Shown one piece after another: positions 54,700 through 64,000 of a stretch of 64,000 bases of DNA (position 1 is the first letter of the stretch; every line of letters starts with the position of its first letter). The translations under genes and the position numbers were made by a program. A model generated the notes under the pieces. It worked only from the letters and a program-made list of their open reading frames with translations, did no database searches and had not been told where the DNA came from. This DNA comes from Nemertoderma westbladi (taxonomy: Eukaryota; Animalia; Xenacoelomorpha): the NCBI GenBank assembly GCA_032718475.1, contig JAUCBJ010000276.1:39485-103484 (forward strand), in the 5' to 3' direction.

Positions 54700-57600
54700 C
54701 GAAAAAAAGCTAAATCTGAATATTTGTACAACAAAATAAGTGAGAATAAAGATAATCCTAAAAGTCTATGGTCTACCCTAAAATCTTTAGGTTATAAAAA
54801 CCTTAAATCTAAATCGAATATTGTTCTGCAAGATAACGGTGAGCTGATTCATGATCATACTCTAGTTAGTAATTTATTTAATAATTATTTTACTAATGTT
54901 GCCTCTAATTTAGTTAAGAAGTTACCGTTACCAAGTAATAAATATAGTATAGGGTCCGAAACTCTAAATAATTTTTATTTAGAAAAGTTACAAAATTCAG
55001 AAAAGTTATTTTTAAAACCCGTTTCTGAGGATTTCGTTTTTAAAAATCTACTTAGCCTATCAGCCTCAAAAAGTACCGGTCTAGACCTAATACCTGCCCG
55101 TTTTCTTAAGGATGGTGCTGAAGTACTTAAAGTGCCTATTACTTTTATTATTAACTACTCTATCGTAGATAATGTAGTACCAGACGAACTGAAATTAGCT
55201 AAGGTTGTTCCTCTGTATAAAAAGAATAGTAAAGTAGAACCCTGTAATTACAGACCTGTTAGTATCTTAAGTATTGTATCTAAAATTCTAGAACGTTCTG
55301 TTTTTCTACAGCTGGAAGCACATCTTAGTAGGCTAAATCTGATCTATGAACTTCAGTCCGGTTTTCGTAAATCATATTCTACAGACACCTGTCTTATTAA
55401 CTTAACTGATACAATTAGATGTAATAACGCAAAGGGTTTATATACTGGTATGGTAATGTTGGACCTACAAAAGGCTTTCGATACTGTAGATCACGAAATT
55501 CTGCTTGGTAAGTTAGGCCTGATGGGTGTAGGTTCTATAGACTGGTTCAAGTCCTACCTGTCAGACAGAGGTCAAACTGTAGTCATTAGCAAATCGCTGT
55601 CTACTGTACAAGAGATTACCTGTGGTGTACCGCAAGGTAGTATATTAGGTCCTCTGCTTTTTGTATGCTATGTAAATGATATGATAAGTAGTATAGATCC
55701 CGATTTTAAACTCATTTTATATGCCGACGACAGTGCTCTTATTTTCTCTCATAAAGATCCTATCCATATTTCCCAAAAGTTAAGTGCAGTTCTAAAATCC
55801 TGTAATGAGTGGTTGGTTGATAATAAGCTATCCATTCACTATGGTAAAACTGAAAGTATTTTGTTTGGTTCCAAAAGAAAGTTAAAGAAGGTAACTAAGT
55901 TTGAAGTCACTAGTAATGGACATAAGATTGAAAATAAAAAGGAAGTTAAATATTTAGGCGCCACATTGGATAACTGCTTATCAGGAGAAAGTACAGTGAA
56001 AAATATTTTCTCGAAAGTTAACAGTAGGCTTAGGTTTCTATACAGAAATAAAAATAGTTTAAACACCGACTCCCGCAAGTTACTTTGCTCTTCTTTAATA
56101 CAGTGTCACATGGACTATGCGTGCTCTTCTTGGTATGAAGGCTTAACCAAACAGCTTAAATGTAAATTACAAGTCGCTCAGAATAAAGTAGTACGATGTA
56201 TTAAAGACTACAAACCTAGGCACCACCTAACTCCAGATGACTTTTCTGAATCTGGACTACTTAACTTAGATAGTAGAGTTAAGCAGCTACGCCTTAACCA
56301 TGTGCATAAAGTGTATAATGGTCCCATTGATCTCGATTGCTGCAAAACTATACAATAGAATTCTATTAAATCGCATCAGGGATCCCATTGAGAGACTGCT
56401 ACGTGGAAATCAGAATGGGTTCCGTAAAGGTCGTGGGACCATGGAGCCCATTTTGGCACTTAGAAGGATAATTGAAGAGTTATCAAAAAAGAAAGACAGG
56501 CATCTGGCTGTTATCTTTGTTGACTTCTTCAAAGCCTTTGATTCAGTCTCTCGCTCACGTATGTTCAGCATACTTTCATTATATGGGATTCCTGATGAAA
56601 TTATTGCAGCAATCAGATCAGTATACGATGGTTCGACAACATTTGTGTCTACTGTTGATGGTGACACAGAACCATTTGAAGTGTTATGGGGCGTCCTCCA
56701 AGGAGACACACTTGCACCATTCTTGTTCATTATTGTGGTTGACTATGTTCTACGCATGTCCTTAGATCATCATAATGATGATGGGGTGATGATAACTCCA
56801 CCTACTGGCTCCAGAAGTCGAGGAAATCCTGCCAAGTACCTAACTGATCTAGACTTTGCTGATGACTTAGGAGTACTCTCAGAATCATTAGAGGGAGCCC
56901 AGCGGCTCCTCAGCTCATTAGAACATGCTGCTTCTAGTGTTGGTCTTTTTATTAACTCCAGAAAGACCAAAATTCTGACAGTTAACTTTGAAAGTCCTCA
57001 GCACGTCTCTGATCGGATGAGCATAAGCTCAAAGGATGGTATGCTTGAGCATGTGGACGACTTCTGTTACCTGGGATCATGGATCCGGAAGTCAGGTGAG
57101 GACCTTCGAATACGTAAGGGAAAGGCATGGGCAGCCTTGAATAGGCTTTCCAGGATTTGGAAGTCACCTAGAATTAATCGGAAACTTAAGGTCCGATTAT
57201 TCAGAGCAGCAGTAGTTCCAGTACTCCTCTACGGGAGTCCATGCTGGGCTCTAACTGCTGAGGACACCAAATCTCTGGATGGCACATTCACAAGAATGCT
57301 ACGCCGGGTACATTGTGTCAAGTACAATGCACACATCTCCAACCAGACACTATATAACATTGGAGGTGTCTCATTGGTTCCCCCAAGCTTGACACTAGAA
57401 CAAAATCGCCTCCGCTTTGCAGGACATTGCTTTCGCCGTGAGGACCAGCCAGTGCATAATCTTGTACTTTGGCAGCCTCATGGAGTGAATAAGCATGGTG
57501 GACAGCCCATGACTTTCTTGAGACGCATCTTAAAGGACACTGGCCTTAAAGATGCGGATGATCTAGCAAATGTCATGGGTGATAGGGAGTTGTGGCGGTG

Positions 57601-58269
57601 CAATTTTGTTGACAAGCCGGCACAGCATTCTTAAAAATGCAGCTGCAATGCAGCATGCCGATCCTAGTATAATGGTAAATGTCCCAATTACCTAAAACAA
57701 AAATTCAACAGAGTACGCGATACACACTCTTACAGTACCAGAGCTAGTGCTTCAAACTTCTACCTTCCGAATTGTAAATCCTTTGAATCTGATACTTTCT
57801 TTTTTAACGGCATTAAAAATTGGAACGCTCTGCCTAATGAAATTAAAAACCTAGATAATCAACATTCTTTTAAATCTGCAGTTAAATCTCACCTCCGTGT
57901 GCAATGTAAAAATAGGTACAATAGTCCTACAGTAAGTTATTAGTTTATTAATTATTTACTATTTATACTGTAATTACGTTTTATAATAAATTGTTCTGTA
58001 CATTACATCTTTATCGTTGAGTCGGGCATTGTCACGCTCTCGGTAAAGTTGTACATGTACATAGTGTAATTACGTTTTATATTGGTTTTAGGTTAGGGTG
58101 GTGTAATATTGTATTTGTAACCAAGTAACATAAAGGACCCCCTTGGAAATAAGCTGCAAAGCTTTAGGGGTAATCCTATATGTTATGTTGGACAATACCT
58201 TTATACCGGTACATTGTTTGGTGTATTTGTTATTGTTTTTTACATAATGTATAAATCTATCTATCTATC
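54700..58269 (+). mobile_element. 5'-truncated L2-group (Crack/Daphne-like) LINE, split by a nested RTE-group element
   Basis: ORF with [51 protein letters not shown] and VKYLG, cut at HKVYNG (56322). It resumes in frame at 57677 (KCPNYL...HSYSTR...WNALP...FKSAVK) to TAG at 57941-57943. The 3'UTR has the GGACCCC...GGAAATAAG...GGGGTAATCC motif and a (CTAT)n tail ending at 58269. Confidence 0.93.
56323..57666 (+). mobile_element. 5'-truncated RTE/RTEX-group LINE nested in the L2-group LINE, 10-bp TSD
   Basis: Uninterrupted RT frame to TAA at 57632-57634 with QNGFR, FVDFFKAFDSV, GVLQGDTLAPFLF, DLDFADDL, FCYLGS, LLYGS..W and RLRFAGHC. Very short 3'UTR with a GCTGCAATGCAGC hairpin. GTATAATGGT is duplicated at 56313-56322 and 57667-57676. 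Confidence 0.93.
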
Positions 58270-58289
58270 ACAATCACCAAACCAAGTTA

Positions 58290-58521
58290 ATAATATATTA
58301 AAGTTAGTAGTGTTCTATTAGGTCAGACCCTCGCAGACCCGCACCATCCCCAAAACCAAGTGCCCTCCACGACCACCGGCCTCCACGTAAGCAGAGGGAA
58401 TTGGAGCGGATGAGCGCGAACTGGAGCCGCCTCCAAACTCCACCGATAACGGATGCTAGGCCTCGTTCGCGCATCCCCTGCCGTCGAGCCACAAGCGTCT
58501 GTGCTAGGTGGCGGATCAGAC
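58290..58521 (-). mobile_element. 3' fragment of a CRE-like (RLE-type) non-LTR retrotransposon
   Basis: Minus translation IRHLAQTL...ASVIGGVWRRLQFALIRSNSLCLRGGRWSWRALGFGDGAGL matches from memory the C-terminal W.R.RL.FAL.R...CLRG.R motif of metazoan CRE elements; stop at 58304-58306. Boundaries are approximate. Confidence 0.65.
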
Positions 58522-58594
58522 AAATATTACAATTAGATATTATTACAATTATTACATTACAATTAGAATTCAATATTACAAATATTTATTTTAG

Positions 58595-58759
58595 AAAAAC
58601 GCATCCCTGGCAATACCTTGGGTGGTAATGGCGATACTACACATTCTGTTTGATCCAACCACAATGATTTATTGCTGGGCGCATTTCTGGGAGATTATGA
58701 GCAACATGCACTGTTCAGAACAATCCGTTTTTGCCACAACAGCTTTATTCAGTAGTAAG
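58595..58759 (+). CDS. Exon E (165 nt, phase 0-0) of the membrane-protein gene
   Basis: Acceptor atttattttag| and donor AAG|gtatat. The frame is fully open: KNASLAIPWVVMAILHILFDPTTMIYCWAHFWEIMSNMHCSEQSVFATTALFSSK. This is a hydrophobic helix followed by a CW motif, as in TM4-ECL2 of class-B GPCRs. Confidence 0.7.
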
Positions 58760-59278
58760 GTATATTAATAAATAAATAAAGAATATTATACATATAATTA
58801 TTTGTTATTGCGGACGCCCTTAGGGTCTATTACAGCCTATCAGTGCGCCAGGTTCCTTTAGGGACTATTACAGCCTATCAGTGCGCCAGGTTCCCTTAGG
58901 GACTATTACAGCCTATCAGTGCGCCAGGTTCCCTTAGGGTCTATTACAGCCTATCAGTGCGCCAGGTTCCTTTAGGGACTATTACAGCCTATCAGTGCGC
59001 CAGGTTCCCTTAGGGACTATTACAGCCTATCAGGGCGCCAGGTTTCCATTATTGCGTGCGCCCTAAGGGACTATTACAGCCTATCAGTGTGCCAGGTTCC
59101 CTTAGGGACTATTACAGCCTATCAGTGCACCAGGTTCCGTTAGGGACTATTACAGCCTATCAGTGCGCCAGGTTCCCTTAGGGTCTATTACAGCCTATCA
59201 GTGCGCCAGGTTCCCATTATTGCGGGCGCCCTTATGGCCTATTACAGCCTATCAGTGCGCCAGGTTCCTTTAGGGACT

Positions 59279-59896
59279 CATTTCATTTCATTGTTTTAAT
59301 CAAATGAAATTGACATAAAATTGCACAAGAACATATAATAAAAGTGCACAAGATTGACACATATTAAAATCGGTATAAGACATTCAGAGATACAAATTAA
59401 AATTTAACAATTACACAGCACAGATTAAAATTTACAATTAGATGTCATAGGCGTATGTATATATATAATAAGTTTGCAAATATAAGTATAACATAATCAG
59501 TAGATTGTGTTTATTATTGGTTTGATATGAGATTTGGACAAAGTTAAATAAGAAACAATAGTTGAAATAACATTAAGATTGACATTAATTATGAAGCAAA
59601 AGGAGACAATATTTATAAATTATACAGTTCAATAGTTAGGTTCACAGACATCAAATGAAGCGATAGTAATGTAATAATGATTTGATTGATACGGAAATTA
59701 ATTACCGATACTGTGAGTAGTAGAGGAAGAGGGTCCCCCTGGTAAGTCCTCCCTATGCTTCTCTATGGGATTTCCGCTCGGAGGGCTATTGAAAATGCGA
59801 AATTTTGATACATTTACGACGACCATCTGCCACCCCCCATTCATTCGCATTGCATCAACCAATGATCGATATTCAACTACGCGTAGCCTAGCCTCA
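59279..59896 (-). mobile_element. About 620-bp insertion, probably the 3'UTR end of a 5'-truncated LINE
   Basis: Non-repeat sequence inside the array. The minus strand ends ATTAAAACAATGAAATGAAATG (polyA-like signal plus microsatellite tail). Imperfect duplication AGGG(A/T)CT lies at the ends. No ORF is available to classify it. Confidence 0.55.
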
Positions 59897-61191
59897 CTAA
59901 GGGTCTATTACAACAGCCTATCAGTGCGCCAGGTTCCCTTAGGGACTATTACAGCCTATCAGTGCGCCAGGTTCCCATTATTGCGTGCGCCCTAAGGGAC
60001 TATTACAGCCTATCAGTGCGCCAGGTTCCCTTAGGGACTATTACAGCCTATCAGTGCGCCAGGTTCCCATTATTGCGTGCGCCCTAAGGGACTATTACAG
60101 CCTATCAGTGCGCCAGGTTCCCTTAGGGACTATTACAGCCTATCAGTGCGCCAGGTTCCCTTAGGGACTATTACAGCCTATCAGTGCACCAGCTCCCTTA
60201 GGGACTATTACAGCCTATCAGTGCGCCAGGTTCCCTTAGGGTTTATTACAGCCTATCAGTGCGCCAGGTTCACTTAGGGACTATTACAGCCTATCAGTGC
60301 GCCAGGTTCCCATTATTGCGTGCGCCCTAAGGGACTATTACAGCCTATCAGTGCGCCAGGTTCCCTTAGGGACTATTACAGCCTATCAGTGTGCCAGGTT
60401 CCCTTAGGGACTATTACAGCCTATCAGTGCGCCAGGTTCCCTTAGGGACTATTACAGCCTATCAGTGCGCCAGGTTCCCTTAGGGACTATTACAGCCTAT
60501 CAGTGCGCCAGGTTCCCATTATTGCGTGCGCCCTAAGGGACTATTACAGCCTATCAGTGCGCCAGGTTCCCATTATTGCGGGCGCCCTTAGGGACTATTA
60601 CAGCCTATCAGTGCGCCAGGTTCCCATTATTGCGTGCGCCCTAAGGGACTATTACAGCCTATCAGTGCGCCAGGTTCCCTTAGGGACTATTACAGCCTAT
60701 CGGTGCACCAGCTCCCTTAGGGACTATTACAGCCTATCAGTGCGCCAGGTTCCCTTAGGGTCTATTACAGCCTATCAGTGCGCCAGGTTCACTTAGGGAC
60801 TATTACAGCCTATCAGTGCGCCAGGTTCCCATTATTGCGGGCGCCCTAAGGGACTATTACAGCCTATCAGTGCGCCAGGTTCCCTTAGGGACTATTACAG
60901 CCTATCAGTGTGCCAGGTTCCCTTAGGGACTATTACAGCCTATCAGTGCGCCAGGTTCCCTTAGGGACTATTACAGCCTATCAGTGCGCCAGGTTCCCTT
61001 AGGGACTATTACAGCCTATCAGTGCGCCAGGTTCCCATTATTGCGTGCGCCCTAAGGGACTATTACAGCCTATCAGTGCGCCAGGTTCCCTTAGGGACTA
61101 TTACAGCCTATCAGTGCGCCAGGTTCCCATTATTGCGGGCGCCCTTAGGGTCTATTACAGCCTATCAGTGCGCCAGGTTCCCTTAGGGACT

Positions 61192-61789
61192 CATTACATA
61201 TCAGTGTTTTAACCAAATAAAATTGACATAAAATTGCACAAGAACATATAATAAAAGTGCACAAGATTGACACATATTAAAATCGGTATAAGACAATCAG
61301 AGAGACAGATTAAAATTTACAATTAGATGTCATAGGCGTATGTATATATATAATAAGTTTGCAAATATAAGTATAACATAATCAGTAGATTATTGTGTTT
61401 ATTATTGGTTTGATATGAGATTTGGGCAAAGTTAAATAAGAAACAATAGTTGAAATAACATTAAGATTGACATTAATTATGAAGCAAAAGGAGACAATAT
61501 TTACAAACTATACAGTGCATTAGCCAGGTTCACAGACATCAAATGAAGCGATAGTAATGTAATAATGATTTGATTGATACGGAAATTAATTACCGATAGG
61601 GTGACTAGTACAGCAAAACAGTCCCCCAGGTAAGTCCTCACTATGCGTCCCTAAGGGATTACAGCTCGGAGGGCTATTGCAGATGCGCCAGGTTGCTACC
61701 TTTACGGCGACCATCTGCCACCCCCATTCAGTGCGCCATTGCATCAACCGATGAGCGACTATTACAGCCTATCGCGTAGCACCAGCCTC
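61192..61789 (-). mobile_element. Second, mosaic copy of the 59279-59896 insertion
   Basis: Same insertion point in the monomer and the same downstream ATTACAACAG marker. The interior is nearly identical, but the ends are intermixed with minisatellite words. Confidence 0.6.
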
Positions 61790-62953
61790 CCTTAGGGACT
61801 ATTACAACAGCCTATCAGTGCGCCAGGTTCCCTTAGGGTCTATTACAGCCTATCAGTGCGCCAGGTTCCCATTATTGCGGGCGCCCTTAGGGTCTATTAC
61901 AGCCTATCAGTGCGCCAGGTTCCCATTATTGCGTGCGCCCTAAGGGACTATTACAGCCTATCAGTGCGCCAGGCTCCCTTAGGGACTATTACAGCCTATC
62001 AGTGCGCCAGGTTCCCTTAGGGTCTATTACAGCCTATCAGTGCGCCAGGTTCACTTAGGGACTATTACAACCTATGCAGTGCGCCAGGTTCCCTTAGGGT
62101 CTATTACAGCCTATCAGGGCGCCAGGTTCCCATTATTGCGGGCGCGCCTTAGGGACTATTACAGCCTATCAGTGCGCCAGGTTCCCTTAGGGACGATTAC
62201 AGCCTATCAGTGCGCCACGTGCACCTTATTGCGGGCGCCCTTAGGGACTATTACAGCCTATCAGTGCGCCAGGTTCCCTTAGGGACTATTACAGCCTATC
62301 AGTGCGCCAGGTTCCCTTAGGGTCTATTACAGCCTATCAGTGCGCCAGGTTCCCATTATTGCGGGTTCCCTCAGGGACTATTACAGCCTATCAGTGCGCC
62401 ACGTTCCCCTTATTGCGGGCGCCCTTAGGGACTATTACAGCCTATCAGTGCGCCAGGTTCCCTTAGGGACTATTACAGCCTATCAGTGCACCAGGTTCCC
62501 ATTATACAGCTGCTGGGTTAGTGTAAGCACCAATGTCTTAATTGTCTTGGCTAGGCGACTGGCGAAATTTCTACAGCCTTTCGACGGATTCGATCCTGCG
62601 CCGCCAAACACTACTGAGACAGCAGTTAAGGCGCTGTATCCACTCGGATACCACGACATTGGGACCGCGTCAATGGCCATATAGTAGCACTTTATAGCGT
62701 TACGGCACAAGTGATTTTAATATAATGAAATTATGTATAATGAAATAATAGAATGTGGGCCATAAAAGCTTTAATGTCAGATTTATGCTTAATGTCACAA
62801 TCAGTGATCAGCTGACAGCAGCCAGCTGACCGGTAGGTTTCGCCCCGCAGCTGAAGGCATTCTCCGGAGGCCAAGCCAGGAAATGGAGATATAGATTCCT
62901 AAAGGGGGACGGAAGGGTATTGAATTGAAGGGAGAGGTCTGTAATGTAGGTAA

Positions 62954-63509
62954 CTAACCACTGGGAAGCAGCACCACAAACTTGCACCAATCACGTTTCT
63001 GCTTGTTGATAGAGGGTGTGCTTGTTTGAATGTAATACATTTCAAGCTTTTGAAATACTGGCCGGAATGGGTATCTAGTAATTACAGTGAAATGTTTAAA
63101 CAATTCACGCCAGGCAGTCAGCCAACGTGTATTGGGCTCGCCGCGGTGCGTCATGATGTGATTGTGCACAGTATTACCCTGTTCGCTCCCATCATTGGCT
63201 GTCCCATCCTGGTGCTGTCTAACGCGTTCAGACAAGTGTTGGAGGATAAGTCCAACATATTCCCCCTTACAAAAGGGACAAGAGAAAGAGTAAATGACAT
63301 TAGACGCAAGCCGGGGCGGGATGTTTTAGAGATGGGAGTGACTGGCGCAGTTTAGTTGTAATGAAAACGAACCGAACTGGCCGTGTGCAAGACCTAGATA
63401 TAAGTCCACGCAACCTTCGAACAAACAGATTGGTTCCCCGACATCGGTGTTCAAACTTACAGAAGCTTTGAATGTTAGGTTCGTTTTTACTACGTCTAAA
63501 CGTCTTCAT
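62954..63509 (-). mobile_element. Penelope-like element fragment (linker plus GIY-YIG endonuclease), frameshifted
   Basis: Minus translation FVRRL...VRFVFITTKLRQSLPSLKHP, then after a frameshift near 63310: LASNVIYSFSCPFCKGEYVGLILQHLSERVRQH...HNHIMTH...LEMYYIQTSTPSINKQ. This is the VIY/YVG, CxxC..H..H and E...P.IN pattern of PLE endonucleases. Confidence 0.85.
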
Positions 63510-63696
63510 TTTTCAGGATGTTCCAATGTAATAATATATAACATAATATATTTGCGTATATAGATTTTTTATATGTACCAGTAATTGCATATCGTATAAT
63601 ATAGTATGTATTTTTGTATTATTAAATATAAATAAAGTTAAATATATATATTAAATATATATATATTATTGAAATATATTTACTTTGTATTTTTAG

Positions 63697-64000
63697 GCCG
63701 ATCGGATGCCATTCCTTGTATGTTTGTATGCAATATTTATGGTGGTCAACATTCTCGCTGCGTCAACAATTATCCATAAAGTCTTCCTGACGACCACACG
63801 AAATACAAACAGAAGGAGGCGCTGTCAACTACATGAGAGTCAGACTTGCAACGACCAGCCTGGGTGCGCCAGTTGCGATTCTTCGAAACCCCCCGGTTAC
63901 AACTCCTACCTATCCTGCTCATTATCACCTTCTGACTCCATGTCCTCACCACCGCCATACTCATACCCACACAGTCTACTGGCACTGACAGACGACACAC
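63697..64000 (+). CDS. Exon F (phase 0, open to the window end) of the membrane-protein gene
   Basis: Strong acceptor tactttgtatttttag|G followed by 101 open codons: ADRMPFLVCLYAIFMVVNILAASTIIHKVFLTTTRNTNRRRRCQLHES...SPSDSMSSPPPYSYPHSLLALTDDT. This is a TM helix with a basic cytoplasmic flank and a Ser/Pro-rich loop. It is absent from the ORF track, probably because no stop lies inside the window. Confidence 0.72.

Larger units (their letters stand above)
58805..62505. repeat. Mixed 38-bp / 54-bp minisatellite
   Basis: 38-mer CCCTTAGGGACTATTACAGCCTATCAGTGCGCCAGGTT interspersed with a 54-mer carrying an extra CCCATTATTGCG(T/G)GCG; interrupted at 59279-59896 and 61192-61789. Confidence 0.96.
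58768..62657 (-). mobile_element. tRNA-derived SINE inflated to about 3.9 kb by an internal tandem array
   Basis: Minus head GTCGTGGTATCCGAGTGG (A-box-like, from 62657) and B box GGATCGAATCC (62586-62596). The body ACCCAGCAGCTGTATAATGGGAACCTGG runs directly into the array. The array exits through GGGCGTCCGCAATAA into an AT-rich (TTTA)n tail near 58770. No clear TSD. Confidence 0.7.

Noticed and set aside
54682-57634. Two overlapping RT ORFs as a novel dual-RT or programmed-frameshift element
   Set aside because: The 10-bp TSD and the in-frame resumption of the first ORF at 57677 show a simple nested insertion.
58818-62470. TTAGGG in each 38-bp monomer as interstitial telomeric repeat
   Set aside because: It is a single hexamer per unit within the quasi-palindrome CCCTTAGGG and is never tandem; it is explained by the SINE-derived monomer.

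Overview
AT-rich eukaryotic DNA, probably from an invertebrate animal; no prokaryotic operons, CRISPR array, rRNA or true tRNA genes are supported. Positions 1-49221 are a 60-bp satellite of about 785 monomers that continues off the left edge. It shows regional variant subfamilies and multi-monomer duplications, and is interrupted by one antisense tRNA-derived SINE (11855-12088, 14-bp TSD) and one 5'-truncated CR1/L2-group LINE (32949-34795). The array stops exactly at a canonical splice donor (GAG|gtaaga, 49221/49222). The monomer's open + frame (TILLWYQRFFVDNSQSKQTE) ends in phase 0 and joins in frame to a chain of phase-0 GT-AG exons (49811-49885, 53549-53743, 58595-58759, 63697-end, plus a doubtful exon ending at 54681). 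These exons encode a multi-pass membrane protein with some class-B/adhesion-GPCR-like features. The satellite therefore looks like a massively amplified exon, or exon plus acceptor, inside a protein-coding gene. The introns hold a MITE, 21-, 26- and 25-bp minisatellites, an L2-group LINE with a nested RTE-group LINE (10-bp TSD), a CRE-like retrotransposon 3' fragment, a tRNA-SINE whose 3' part expanded into a 38/54-bp array, and a Penelope-like GIY-YIG fragment. Nearly all long ORFs in the track are repeat artefacts. Family assignments come from motif recognition by eye, not database searches.
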